Positions 26,386 through 38,600 of a DNA stretch of 64,000 nt are shown here, piece after piece. A model generated the notes under the pieces. It saw nothing but the letters and a program-made list of their open reading frames with translations, did not search any database and had not been told where the DNA came from. The DNA lies in NCBI GenBank assembly GCA_034780895.1, contig JAUZTB010000066.1, positions 30,550,099 through 30,614,098 on the forward strand. The letters are read 5' to 3'. The translations under genes and the position numbers were made by a program. The DNA comes from Rhynchobatus australiae (lineage: Eukaryota). The stretch's first letter is position 1. The number at the start of each line of letters is the position of its first letter.

Positions 26386-26991
26386 ATTTCTGTTTAAAGG
26401 GTTTTCATTAGGAAACCTCAGCTGTGAACAAGGTTACGTGTGGATTGCCATGATTGCTACTCAGCTCGGCTGACAGAGCAGATTAAGTGGTTTACACAAC
26501 GTTTTCCCCCAGCTGGATTACTGTCTCATCATGTCTGCGTCCTGCATTTAGGGAACAGTAAGGTAGTGTGAACAGTAAGTGGCACATTCTGTGGTTAATG
26601 AAGTGGGCAGCTGTCTTATTGATGCATCAAAGTACAAGTACATAACAACACCCCTACTCATAAAGGCAAACATCACAAGGCCAAAGCTCTCTAGCAGAAA
26701 AAAGCAGTACAAAGTGCAGTGTTGGAGAGTTGAAAGACAAACATTGATTTCTGCCAATGGCTGCACTCCTCAGTAAGAGGTAAGTGGATTGTGTTTATAA
26801 TCTCTAGTATCATGCTCAGTGTNNNNNNNNNNGAAACATAAGGGAGTTCCAGCAACAGCTGCACAACACAATGCCCACACCACAGGTCACGGGACAGTAC
26901 ACACATCCGACGTGGTACAGTGCAGTCTGTGCTACATAATTTAGTGCAGGGAGGGGGGGAGAGGACGTGTGCGTACAGTCACGTATGTATC

Positions 26992-27277
26992 CTGAAATAA
27001 AGACAGAACATGCCAGAAACACCCAGCAGGTCAACCATCTGTGGTGGGGAAAAACATGAATTTTTTAGATTGAAGACCATTCATCTGAAGAAGGATCCTT
27101 GACCTGAAACTTTAACTCTCTTCCTCTTTCCAAACTCTGTTTCTCTCTCCACAGATGCTGCCTGACCTGCTGAGTGTTTTCCATAAAACCATAGAACAAT
27201 ACAGGCCTTCGGCCCACCGTGTTGTGCCGCCCATCAAACCACAACTGTTTCCTGTTTTTATTTCCAATTTCCAGCAG
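26992..27277. repeat. Inverted-pair copy of the same family with a short LINE-tail insertion
   Basis: cagcaggtca..catctgtgg / ccacagatgctgcctgacctgctg; core CTGAAGA..GAAAC at 27085-27110; insert catagaacaatacaggccttcggcccac. Confidence 0.7.
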
Positions 27278-28679
27278 TTTTTGGGGGAGAAGTGAGTCTT
27301 CAGCCACTGACACACATTATGGACGGGGCGGTCAAAGGTCCTGCTTCTCTGCTTAGTGACTAAATGTGTGTGGTGCTCAGTGCTGCACATTTGGGTCGCT
27401 TGATTTCAGTGGAACCGCATGTGTGGAGGTGATTGAAGCCAAATAGTGTGAGTGACCAAATCTTGCGTCATCGAAACTCACTCTGATAACAGGCTTGCTG
27501 CTGCTACACCAGGGCCCCAGGGCGCTATGTGGCGGCTGCTTCCACAGTCTGTCATCTCTCCTGATCACCACTTGTGACTGTTCTAGCCAGGGGCTTGTCA
27601 GGTCACGCGAGGAGGTAAGGTCAGTGTTGAAGTTACCCGTAGGGCTGCAAAACTTGGCCCATGGTACAACTACACAACATTCCTGCTACACAGCACCAGC
27701 AGGTGTGACTAGAATCCCCAGTTACCAACTCTGCAGCTTCAGGATGGATTTGAAAAGAGTCACCTAAAGCAGGCACAGTCAAACCACGTTATGACATCTG
27801 GTGACCCAATGTACTGTTTGTTGATCTTTACATGAGAGGATCTTGGGAGGTCAGTTTGCAAGGGGCAGCAGTCAGTATTTGATTGGAACAACTGCGGCTC
27901 CAATTTGTCCACAGTGGGTGGGTGTCTTCACTATCCAGACCCTAAGATGCGGGGTTCCCTCCCTAAACATACCCTGTTCCCCACTTTAAACTGCTTCTTA
28001 AGAGTGACCAAGCGGTTTGTTGGCCTTAATTACCCTGATCTTGAAATCTGCCTACTTTTGGTGTGGAAGTGCTGGAGTTCATCAGCCAACTCCCGAAGGA
28101 AAGCAGGTGTTCTGAACACCTCATGGGGAGCCCGCACTCCGTAGTAGAGTCCTCACAGAGTGCAGGAAAACCTCCTCACTCGTGGCTCTGTGCTAATCCA
28201 GCAGTCGAGGAGAAGCATAAAAACAAGGTCACTTCCTACCCTAGGTTAATTTAAATGTGTTTAAGTGTTTTAATTTCTATTTAACATTTTTAACAAATTG
28301 CTTAGCCATTACAAATTACACCTCAGTTTTCTTCAAAATACAGATTCATTCAGAGCCATTCAAATTCCTCGGAAGCTTTACTGGTTGATAGGCTGAAGGG
28401 TGGGGTTTATCTGGGTGGGGGCCTTGTTATTTCTGATGGGAGACGTCTGCAGTGTGTTGGGCTTCACTGCTCAGCCGGGAGCAGCCCCCAGGGATGTTCT
28501 CCAGGTAAAGCAGAGTTGAGGGCAGGTGGTCAGTGGCAGACATAGACAGTTGGGGACAATATCTCCACCTTTAGGTGATGTACCAAGTTTGTTCAGTCTT
28601 GTGAAATCTTGTGACAACATAGTGACTGGGAGCAATCTCATTAGTGACTCTCTGTCACACATTCCCATGTCCCTTTGCC

Positions 28680-28830
28680 ATTAACCTACACTCACAGCCA
28701 ATTAACCTATCAACACGTCTTTGGGATGTGGGAGGAAACTGGAGCACCGGGGGAAACCCACATGGTCACAGGGAGAACGTGCAAACTCCACACAGACAGC
28801 ACCTGAGGTCAGGATTGAACCCGATTCTGG
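28680..28830 (-). mobile_element. V-SINE fragment
   Basis: tctttgggatgtgggaggaaactggagcaccgggggaaacccac...aggattgaaccc (reverse B box). Confidence 0.8.
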
Positions 28831-29179
28831 CGCAAGAAAGAGGGTATCTGTGGAAGGTAGAGGATTATCTGCAGGAATGTTCAAGGGTTGTACTGATATC
28901 TCCCTGTGTATCAGTAACCATCGCAGGCTTTCCGTTTACAACCACCGATCCAAGTTGTGCAAGAGCTTCTTGCTGTCAAAATTGCTCACACGCTGCCCGT
29001 GAAATGAGAGTAAACACCTCCATTTCTGCCATAGCATTGGGCGCTTGTGTCCAAGCCAAAGGGTAGTTTGCAGTTGACTGATTGTGGTAGAATAGGACTG
29101 GAGCATCAGTGAATGGGTGGAAGGGATTGTTGATGCTCCTTTCAGACTGTTACTGATAGAGAGGATGAGATGGATTAGG

Positions 29180-29690
29180 GAGGCAATTAACAGAGCAGTG
29201 TGTCCTTTTTTTTGTAAGTGCTTTGCACTTCTTCCAATCTGATTTCCCCATCTAAGGAAAGATTACATGGGAGGTGGGGAATGCAACAAAGGTTCACCCG
29301 ATTGGGATGCTGGTTGTGGAATGAGAAGAGAGTTTAAGCAGACTGGGTCCATCTCCTGTAGACTTTAGTAGAATGAAGGGCGATCAACCTCTCTGCAGCA
29401 TACAACATTCCAGTACTTGAAAGGGTAAATGCAGGGAAGGTGTTTGCCCTGGCTGGGGTGAGTAGGACTGGGAGCTCAAAGTAAGGGGGCCAGCCATTCA
29501 GCACTGCGATGACAAGTGAAATTCTCTGCACGAGGGCTGCAGAGTACATCTGAGACAGATCCATAGATCTCAGCATGTAAATGTAAGCAGTGGAGATGGG
29601 GTCAATGTTGGACAGTGTGGCTGAGGTGTTGGTGTTGAAGCATGGAGCAGACAAAAGGGACCTTGTGGCCGACTCCTGTTCCATTTCTGT
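29180..29690 (+). mobile_element. Strongly decayed CR1-like 3' fragment
   Basis: atctaaggaaagat..gcaacaaaggttcaccc..tttagtagaatgaagggcgatc; similar to other copies here. Confidence 0.55.
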
Positions 29691-30103
29691 TGCTCTCAAC
29701 TCCTAATTCTGTCAGATTGACGAGTGCACTGCAGAGTGGCTAGAATTGAATTATCTGAAATCCCACCCATTTTCAACAAAATGCATCAACACTGATTGCA
29801 TGTCAAACTCTTGGCTTCTGCTATTAACTAACAAAATAACATTCCCAAACCACTGAAATTTAGAAGTACAAGTGATGGGTGTCTCTGTTAACAGTCCATC
29901 AGATGGTACAGTACCTGAATTTTTTCCCCCACAAGGATATTAAGGGCCAGGAGCCATCTTCATATCTGCCTTAATCTCTCCATCCAAGGAGAGTTCCCAC
30001 TCTAGAAACACGTACTCTGAAAACATTGACAGGTAGTCTGAGTATCGCCACTGTGCAGAGGTTCAGTGATGGAGAGGCCACAGTTTCTGTTCTCTTGCTG
30101 CAG

Positions 30104-30259
30104 GATATCGGACCGCGGAGGCGGGATTCCGCACAACAACATCGGCAAAGTGATGAACTACCACTTCACCACGGCCGAGGAGAACGGTCAGGATTCCCAG
30201 ATGAACACGTTTTATGGTCACATGGTGAACAGCGGCCCGCATTCGGGGCCCATGCATGG
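30104..30259 (+). CDS. BCKDK: BCKDK coding exon, ISDRGGGIPHNNIGKVMNYHFTTAEENGQDSQMNTFYGHMVNSGPHSGPMH(G), G1 box and ATP lid
   Basis: ttgctgcag acceptor and GTAAGG donor; 156 nt, phase 2/2. DRGGG G1 box present. Confidence 0.97.
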
Positions 30260-30894
30260 GTAAGGAAGGAGAGGGGAAAGTGCTGGATCTTGCGTGAGTG
30301 ATGCGTTCCAGTATGAAGCATGGACAATCGTTGGCAGGTTAACGATTTTGTTTTACAGATGTTGGGGTCAGCCCAAGGTCACTGACAGCTGGAGCACGTT
30401 AACTGGTGCAATTTGCCTTTGGACTGTAGGTGGTTCGCAGGCAGTGGGGTCTGGTGTTCCCTATTTCCTCTAGTTGAAGCCCAATGCACCCCATCCCTGC
30501 ACGATCTCCCACGCAAGTGCGAGCCAGGGAGCAAGTGGACAGGCAGAGTAATGGTCACACTAAAAATGATATTGTGTTGGTAATACACTGGTAACATTGC
30601 TAAATGGGTCTTTACTTGCTCGCTGTGCTTTGCTGGGAGAGTGTTGCACTCCTGGAGAGGCATTGTTTCAGGTCATAGCATACGGCATGGAAGCTGGGTC
30701 CTTTGGCCCAGCTGGTCTATGCCAACCAAGAATCCTGTCTAAGCTAGTCTCATTTGGCCCACATGGTTTCCTATCCACGTGCCTGTCCAAGTACCTTTTA
30801 AATGTGAATTAATGCGAGGTGTAACTCGGGCTTCAAAATCCCTAGCACTGTTTGAAGAATAGCAGCGGGATTCCCCATCTCTGGAGCTTCCTTA

Positions 30895-31615
30895 CCCACT
30901 GACGCCCACAGCTACCTGGATTACAGCTCCTCCCATCCTGTCTCTTGCAAAGCCGCTAATCCTTTTTTTCTCGGCCGCATCTGCTCCCCTGCTGAGGCTT
31001 TCCACTCCAGGACATCCGAGATGTCCAACTTCTTTACTAACTGTGGTCACGAGGGCTCACACCCACATCTCTGCTATTTCCTACACCTCTGCTTTCACCC
31101 CCACCCCTCCCAGACCCAACAGGGATGGGGTGCCCCTTGTCCTCGCATTTCATCCCTCCAGCCTGTGTATCCAACACATCATTCTCCGCCACCTCCAACG
31201 GGACCCCACCACCAAGCATATCTTCCCCTCCCCACCCCTTTCTGCCTTTCGCAGGGACCGTTCTCTCAGTGACCCTAGTTCACTCCTCCCACCTATGCCT
31301 CTTCCTTTTCCTGACCTTCCTTTCTACCCATTTTTTTCCTCTTTACCTTTGACCTACTCCNNNNNNNNNNNNNNNNNNNNNNNNNNNNNNNNNNNNNNNN
31401 NNNNNNNNNNNNNNNNNNNNNNNNNNNNNNNNNNNNNNNNNNNNNNNNNNNNNNNNNNNNNNNNNNNNNNNNNNNNNNNNNNNNNNNNNNNNNNNNNNNN
31501 NNNNNNNNNNNNNNNNNNNNNNNNNNNAAGGGTCCTGACCTGAAACGTTGACCGTCTGCTTTTCTCCATGGATGCTGCCTGGCCTGCTGAGTTCCTCCAG
31601 CATCTGCCGTCCTCT
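30895..31615 (+). mobile_element. Penelope-like element fragment (RT C-terminal/linker region) followed, across a gap, by its terminal repeat
   Basis: Translates PTDAHSYLDYSSSHPVSCK..RICS..EAFHSRTSEMSNFF and, after a frameshift, RDGVPLVLAFHP..LQRDPTTKHIFPSPPLSAFRRDRSL, typical PLE motifs upstream of GIY-YIG. The repeat aagggtcctgacctgaaacgttgac..gatgctgcctggcctgctgag follows. Confidence 0.85.
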
Positions 31616-32601
31616 GTTTCTTGCAGATTATCCTGACTGTTAGTTATCTCACAGAAGCCATGATCTGGTTCTTGCTGTTTATTGGAGCTTACTGTGACAA
31701 CAGTCACCAAACATGTAATTTAATCAATTGGCTGTACCATAGTTAAAACACCTTGGGGCCACTATGCTATCAGGAAAGGCGGAGCAGTAAATCACTCATC
31801 ATTTATAGAGAGTCGAGTTAAAGGGGGATTTTATGATTCTGAAGAGTTTGATTGAGTAGAAAAGGTGTTTCCACTTCTGGGGGTGTATGACTAAAGCTGG
31901 AACCATTTATACAAGACTGTCTCTCATAAATTCAGTGTATTCAGGAGCAACATCTTTATAATAGACTGTACAACTTGCTGTCATTGGAAGTACTTTAGGG
32001 AAGTAGTGTTGAGGCATTTATGAGAAGTACTTGAAGGCATGATGATGGAAGAGGCTAATGTGGATCATAACCCCTGGGGTATGTCAGTAGTGTTGAATGC
32101 TAATATTGTGTTATCTTCCATTCTGGACATTGGATATTATCACAGGTATATCTTGAAGTAATGGAAAGCAGTTTGACTCTCTGCAAGTCCCCGTTATGTG
32201 TGAGGGCTTGTGGCATGGACTGCCTGTGGGTACAATACCACTAAGGTCATTGACTGCAATGATGACAGTGGTCTGCTCCTCTGTGGATATAGCAGTTTCT
32301 GCTGAAGTTATACAAACTCAAACATACAAGTTCTCTGGACCTTCTCTCCAGTCACATCCTGCTCCCCGGTGTTCCCAACCTTGACCCCAGCTCTGGCCAC
32401 ACCCTGTATAGTGATGTTTCACTGCTTGCAAGCTTAAAACATCAAGGCAAACAGGATTCAGTGAACACCACAAGAGAGGCCTTTGGAGGAACCTTTATGA
32501 TGTTTACTGCAGTCCTAGTAACACACAGCTGACCTTGTGAGTGTGCACATCTGCAAGTAGTAAGTCAGCAGATGTGAGGACTTAGTGTAAAAGTCGATTG
32601 A

Positions 32602-32796
<195 letters not shown>

Positions 32797-34825
32797 GCTG
32801 GTATGATTGGCTGGACAATAATCCTAGGTTCCAAGTGAATCATGCCTGCTGTAACCAAGGTACAAATTGAAATATTTCTGGAAAACAAACATTTTGAATA
32901 ACAAGTACAAAAGTCACAATGAGAACTCCTATAGTCAGTGTCACATGAATATTGGAGAGTTTCAGACCTCTGAGAAAGGACCAGCAAACATTTATAGGAT
33001 TAACATCTATTCAGTTTTGAATGGTTTTTGAGTCGAATGGATTTTCATTGACCAGATTGATACTAAAGATACCAGCATCATTGGTCAGGCAGCAGAGTCC
33101 TCTGCTGGTCCCTGCCTGCAGTGACAGACAAAGTGGTTCATTGTTTTGAAACTTCAGACTGAAAAGCCAAACCTTTACATATTTTATGGAGAATACTTGA
33201 CACTTTTTGAAGAGATGACATTGGTAATGGTTTCTGGGTTTGACAATCAGAGACAGCCTGCAACTTCTTGTAACTGAAGCCTCAGTTTGTGCTGCATTCC
33301 AGAGACTTAAAAGTTAATACACATCCAAGAGGAACTACAGTTTTCATTCCAAATAATAAAAACATATCACTTACCAACGCAGAAAACTCTCAGCAGATCA
33401 GGCAGCAGCCGTGAAGAAAAACAGAATTAACATCTTGGGTCAATGACCTTTCATTAAAAGCATTTATTTTGTTAGTTTTAAGTTGGATTTGCGATATTAC
33501 TCAATGCTGGTGCTATCTACTTAAAATTACAGCACACATTAATGAAAACCATGGGAATTTTAGTCGTCTGAGAAGCAGCTCTGTACCAATTATAAAGGAA
33601 ACAACTCATTTGAAGTCAGGAGTTTAAAGCAGAGTTAATTGTAGCGTAACAGTAAACAGGTTCAGGAGGTGTATATTTACTTTTTAAACCTCACAAGCTG
33701 CTGCATTAAGTTTCTACTTTAGCTGGGTCCTTCAGTTAAAGCTGCCTTATATCAGCTAATTATGGCCCATTTTGCCTTTTGTTCCAGTTCCTTTCATCAA
33801 GCTTTGTCAAGCTGTGCTGTTTCAAGAAAGTAGTTCCCAGAATTTGTTGCTTCCTGGTATTCTCTATGACTTGGCACAGTAGCAAGCCCCCCCTTACAGT
33901 ACAGGCCTTTAGCTGATGTGTAGGGAACTTGAACATCACTGAAAGCCCTTAAGCATATGGGTGTAACCACAAGATCAGTGAATTCTCACCTATTCTTTAT
34001 TAAAGTAGGGAAAGGTTCTGGTCACTTTTATGTTTGCTAAGGAGATTGTGGAAGGATGATGACAAATACAAAGAATGGAGAAGATTTAAAAGGATCATTT
34101 GTTCTGAGATGGGAACTATATTTTAATTGGATAAGAATTGGATTTTTTTGTGTGATTAACCCTCTAGTATTGGACGATGTTTATTTTAAAACAGCAAATT
34201 TTTGCTTATTTTAAATTGTATTTAGTGCTCAGACTGCTTTACACAAAATATTTTAATTACTTTCAACACATTTTACTATTTACCATTTTAGCTCAAGAAC
34301 TGTGTTGAAGACTGTTATTCATGCAGAGATTTATCCATGAACAGCAACTGCCATTGCATTTGTGGCATTGAATATAGTGAATTAATTATCAGCAAATTGT
34401 CACATATACTGGAAGCAAGTCTGTGGTGCTATAAAAATGTAACGTCGTGGCCTTCCTTGATCAATGTACCTTTACTTGGGCCAGAAAAAACCTCTGGATA
34501 TAATTCATAAATGAAAAGAGAAAAATCCTTTCAAACAATCTAAAGGTAAATGGATTAAAAGCAATCTCACCATTTAAATATTTAAATGGACAGTAAGATC
34601 TGCAGGAGTTTAAGCCAGCATTTCTTTAGTTCTCTGCCTGGCATCATTTTGATCTTTTTAAGATTCACAAATTGTATCCTTTCCCATCAAGTCGTGTTCA
34701 TTCATAAATATGACATTTCCCAAATCCTGCCTCTTTTGACCTCTGATGCATATTGTATCTGTTGGAACTGAATGTGTCCTTAGATCAGGGGATCTACATG
34801 TAATTATGAATGAAATGTTGGTTTT

Positions 34826-34870
34826 AATAAAATGTAGTTTTTAATCTTGCTTCTCTGGCTTTGTGTGGTT
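34826..34870 (+). terminator. Probable BCKDK polyadenylation signal (3'UTR about 2 kb)
   Basis: AATAAA at 34826-34831 with upstream TGTA motifs and a downstream U/GU-rich tract (ctggctttgtgtggtt). Alternative AATAAA hexamers at 33355, 34965 and 35145. Confidence 0.55.
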
Positions 34871-35614
34871 AGAGTGACTTTATTCTAATAGCAGGGACCT
34901 TACAGGTCATTTATCAGTTTTGTTTTAATATTGGAAGTTCACTAGTACAATCCATAGTGTATAAAATAAAGAAAATGAGGCAACTATTAATGATTACAAT
35001 ATGGATATACCATAGGTGAAAGTTACACTATTCACAGGCAGGGAAATCACTTGCACATTTTCTGGCAGAGTTAATTTTTTTTTATATAAATCATCAGGCG
35101 TAAATTCACAAATGTAAAGCCCTAGAACATTCGAATGCATTAACAATAAAACTACTTCAAACCATTTTCAGAATTCTGTCTTTAACACAACCCTGGGAGA
35201 CTGGTGGGTAAAGCTGACCCCATGATACCTTGTGCCTCTGCTCAGATTGCATCTCCTACCTGTCCTTATCTATTGGTATCAGGACAATAATGGAGGTAGC
35301 AACCGTCCACTGGACAGCAGAGATGGGAGGGGAACAATTCACGGGGAACTGGATCTCACTGTGCATTTCTTCCAGTGCTACATAATGCAAAATCAATTTC
35401 AGCCAGAGTGAATCACTTTGATCAGGACATCTGGTTGCTGGTGCACTTGACGTCAGACATGCACCCAGTGGAACCTTCTCAGGAAAACAGAGTACAGAAA
35501 GGCTGTAGCGAGGTTGGTGTTCCATTACTCTAATCTAGGTAAATTTCACAGTGAGACTCCAGGTCTCTGTGCAAAATTAGAACAGGTGGAATAACTTTAA
35601 ATTTAAAGTAAAAC

Positions 35615-35620
35615 TTTATT
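35615..35620 (-). terminator. Candidate distal poly(A) signal of the minus-strand gene
   Basis: Plus-strand tttatt. On the minus strand it is preceded by several TGTA motifs and TGTAAATA (35722-35729). Confidence 0.45.
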
Positions 35621-38600
35621 CAAGTATAATTGAGATTTCTGAAGTACAGCATGTTTTGTGCAGCTACAAATTCAAAATAAGAATCAGCTGTACAAGGATT
35701 AAGAACCAACCAGCAAAATGTTATTTACAAGTGGTATAATCCTATAAAACATCAACTGAGAAATTACTCAAATCTTTACAAAATTCTGCATTTATTTTCT
35801 ATTAACAAGAACACCAGGAACAAAAATCATAACCTGAATTATTAGGCATCCTACACAAATTTGTGTGGCTTAGCTAAATATTTTGGTCACTAAATGTATT
35901 TGACACATATACCCAATGATAAACTCAAGTCTTGGGAGGTGGAGTGTCCCTTCAGCAGCCCTCTACTTTTGTTCCCACTTGGATGATCCTGAATATTAAT
36001 GCTGGACTCTAAACTTAGCCCAACTGACCAATTTGCTGACCATTTAACCNNNNNNNNNNNNNNNNNNNNNNNNNNNNNNNNNNNNNNNNNNNNNNNNNNN
36101 NNNNNNNNNNNNNNNNNNNNNNNNNNNNNNNNNNNNNNNNNNNNNNNNNCCATTAAACCAGTTCAAGCAGTGCTGCCAAAATATGGATGAACAAAGGTAA
36201 AACAGGTATGAACAACAAAAAAAAACTCAATATTCCCCTCACAATATCAGTGATAAAATATACATGGGCGATCAAGTAGGAATGCTCACTCATGTTCTAG
36301 TCTATCATGTTTCATACGAGGATACAAGGTAAGCAGGTTAATAAGATATAAATTAATCATTTAACAAGTCTAGTTGATAGTGTCTGATTTGGTTCAAATG
36401 CTGCAAACAGGGATATTCTTTAAAGGAGGACTAAATTTAAACAGAATTGCACAACACACAGGCTAAGACCATAGTTCCCCTTGTGGACGTAAACCAGCAG
36501 TTTAAGTTGTAACCCTTTTAAATATTCCACAGTACATTGTGTCAGAAGCAGGAATCCCAAGTAAGGAAACTCCGTGGAAGGGCACAGGATAAGAATCAGG
36601 ATGTGCACCTTGGGTCATTCCAATGAATTGGGGAGATTACCTTGATATGGCACCTAATTAAAAAAACTGAGACCCCAATAGCTAATATAAAATTCTAACC
36701 ATAAGAGACTATTAGGATTTAGACCATGGAGGTTCAGGTAAGCAACATAATAACACTAAGTGGTTATTCTGCAAAACACGGAATATGATATTTCAACATT
36801 TGCTCCTAATAAATATTCCACCCGGTTACAACTTTAGAAATATCCTACACCCGTATAACAGGAGAGGGGCTCTCAGCAGGGAGGTCCCCCTTAGTACTTT
36901 TTTCTTGAAATTATTTCATTTTGATTGTTCTTCAATATATAGGAAAACACAGGTAGGTGGGAAGGGAAGGGAAGGGAAGGCAAGATGGAGGGGAAATACG
37001 GTTGGGATGGTTCTTGTTTACTTGCCTCCAAGATTATTATAGGACTTGGCTTACAGCTTCTCTATACAATTACTCCACGTGCTATTTGTGACAACTCCCC
37101 AAGGATAAAGACTTCATAAATTTGATGTTGCTGCTATTTTGATATCTTCCAAAGCCACCATTTGTGTTGCTTTAACAATTGCAATAACATTTAGTTTAAA
37201 CCAAAAAAAAATTAAATTGACGTTTTAAAGGAAATAAGTGGCACATCAGTTTTAAGCAAATGCAATGGAACTACTGTGAAAAACAATCACCACCAAGGCT
37301 TCTCAATGTCCTTGACCTCCATTTGGGGTTGAGGGGGCGGTGTTGAAAAGGAGGGAGTGGAAAGAAAAAAAGAGATCAGGAGGTAAACACCACAGGAATG
37401 GAAGCACGTGAATTTATAAGCAACATGATTTCCTGTTTCAATGCAGAAAGCCTTTGTGCTTTGAGCCCAGCATGGCATGATAATTTAAAGTCTGTTGACA
37501 ATCTCACTAGCCATTAGGGCAGAAAATAATGTAAACCCCCAACACCTAAGAGCAGCAGGGATGTGCACACATGTCATAGGCCCTATGGGCAAGGCAAAAG
37601 CACTGGCTTAAGGTGTAAATGTCAAACTTTAGAACAGTACAACACTTCCTCAAATCAGAGCTGTCAATACAACTTGTGTCCTGAGAACAGGAATGCTTTT
37701 AGATAAACTGCAATCGTTTATCTTGAACAGTATTGACATTCAAATCTCTTTAACAGGCACCGGTTTAGCAGATCCACAAGACTGTTTAATGCATTCCAAT
37801 GACATTCCTCTGCTTACTTTATGTTTAACACTGGTGTTAACCTGCCTACATTAAATGGTTAACATCCCTGCTAAAATAAGCAGAGAACCTTAGATCAATA
37901 TGAAGTGTTTGTCCGCTAATATCAGCAGTCATACCTTTAAATTTCTACCACACAAGCTGTAAATTATCATGGGTAGTGATTTCAATATTATGAAATGCAA
38001 ACAGCAGTAAATTCAAACTGGTGAAGAAGCATCCTTCACAAACAGGGTGGGTTCACAAGATAAATATAATTCTTGCAACTTGTCATAATCACCCTTAGTT
38101 TACCAAATACAATATTTAAAATAACTCTTTAACAAAACAGGATGCTGTAGCTTGTATTTACACACCACCTAACCAAAAGTATTTTGCTGATGGGACCTGT
38201 GCTTTCAAATGATCTCAGTCAGGTTCAGAAGGTACGTGAGNNNNNNNNNNNNNNNNNNNNNNNNNNNNNNNNNNNNNNNNNNNNNNNNNNNNNNNNNNNN
38301 NNNNNNNNNNNNNNNNNNNNNNNNNNNNNNNNNNNNNNNNCAGAAGTTACTTGAGTCGGGGGTTGTAAAGTTTCTCCAAGTGACATTAATAGCTTCTTTA
38401 TTAACACCTGTCAATAGCTGCAGGATGATACTGCAGGATTGCTACAGTGTGGAGTAGCCATTCATTAGTGCCCAATGGACATGGGAAATCAAACATGGAA
38501 AAATTAGAAATGATCACAAGGATTTAAATTATTACTAGACAGTCTGGCATCAGGCAAAGATAGCTCCTCATTAGTGAAAGGACACAGTCCTTTATAAACT

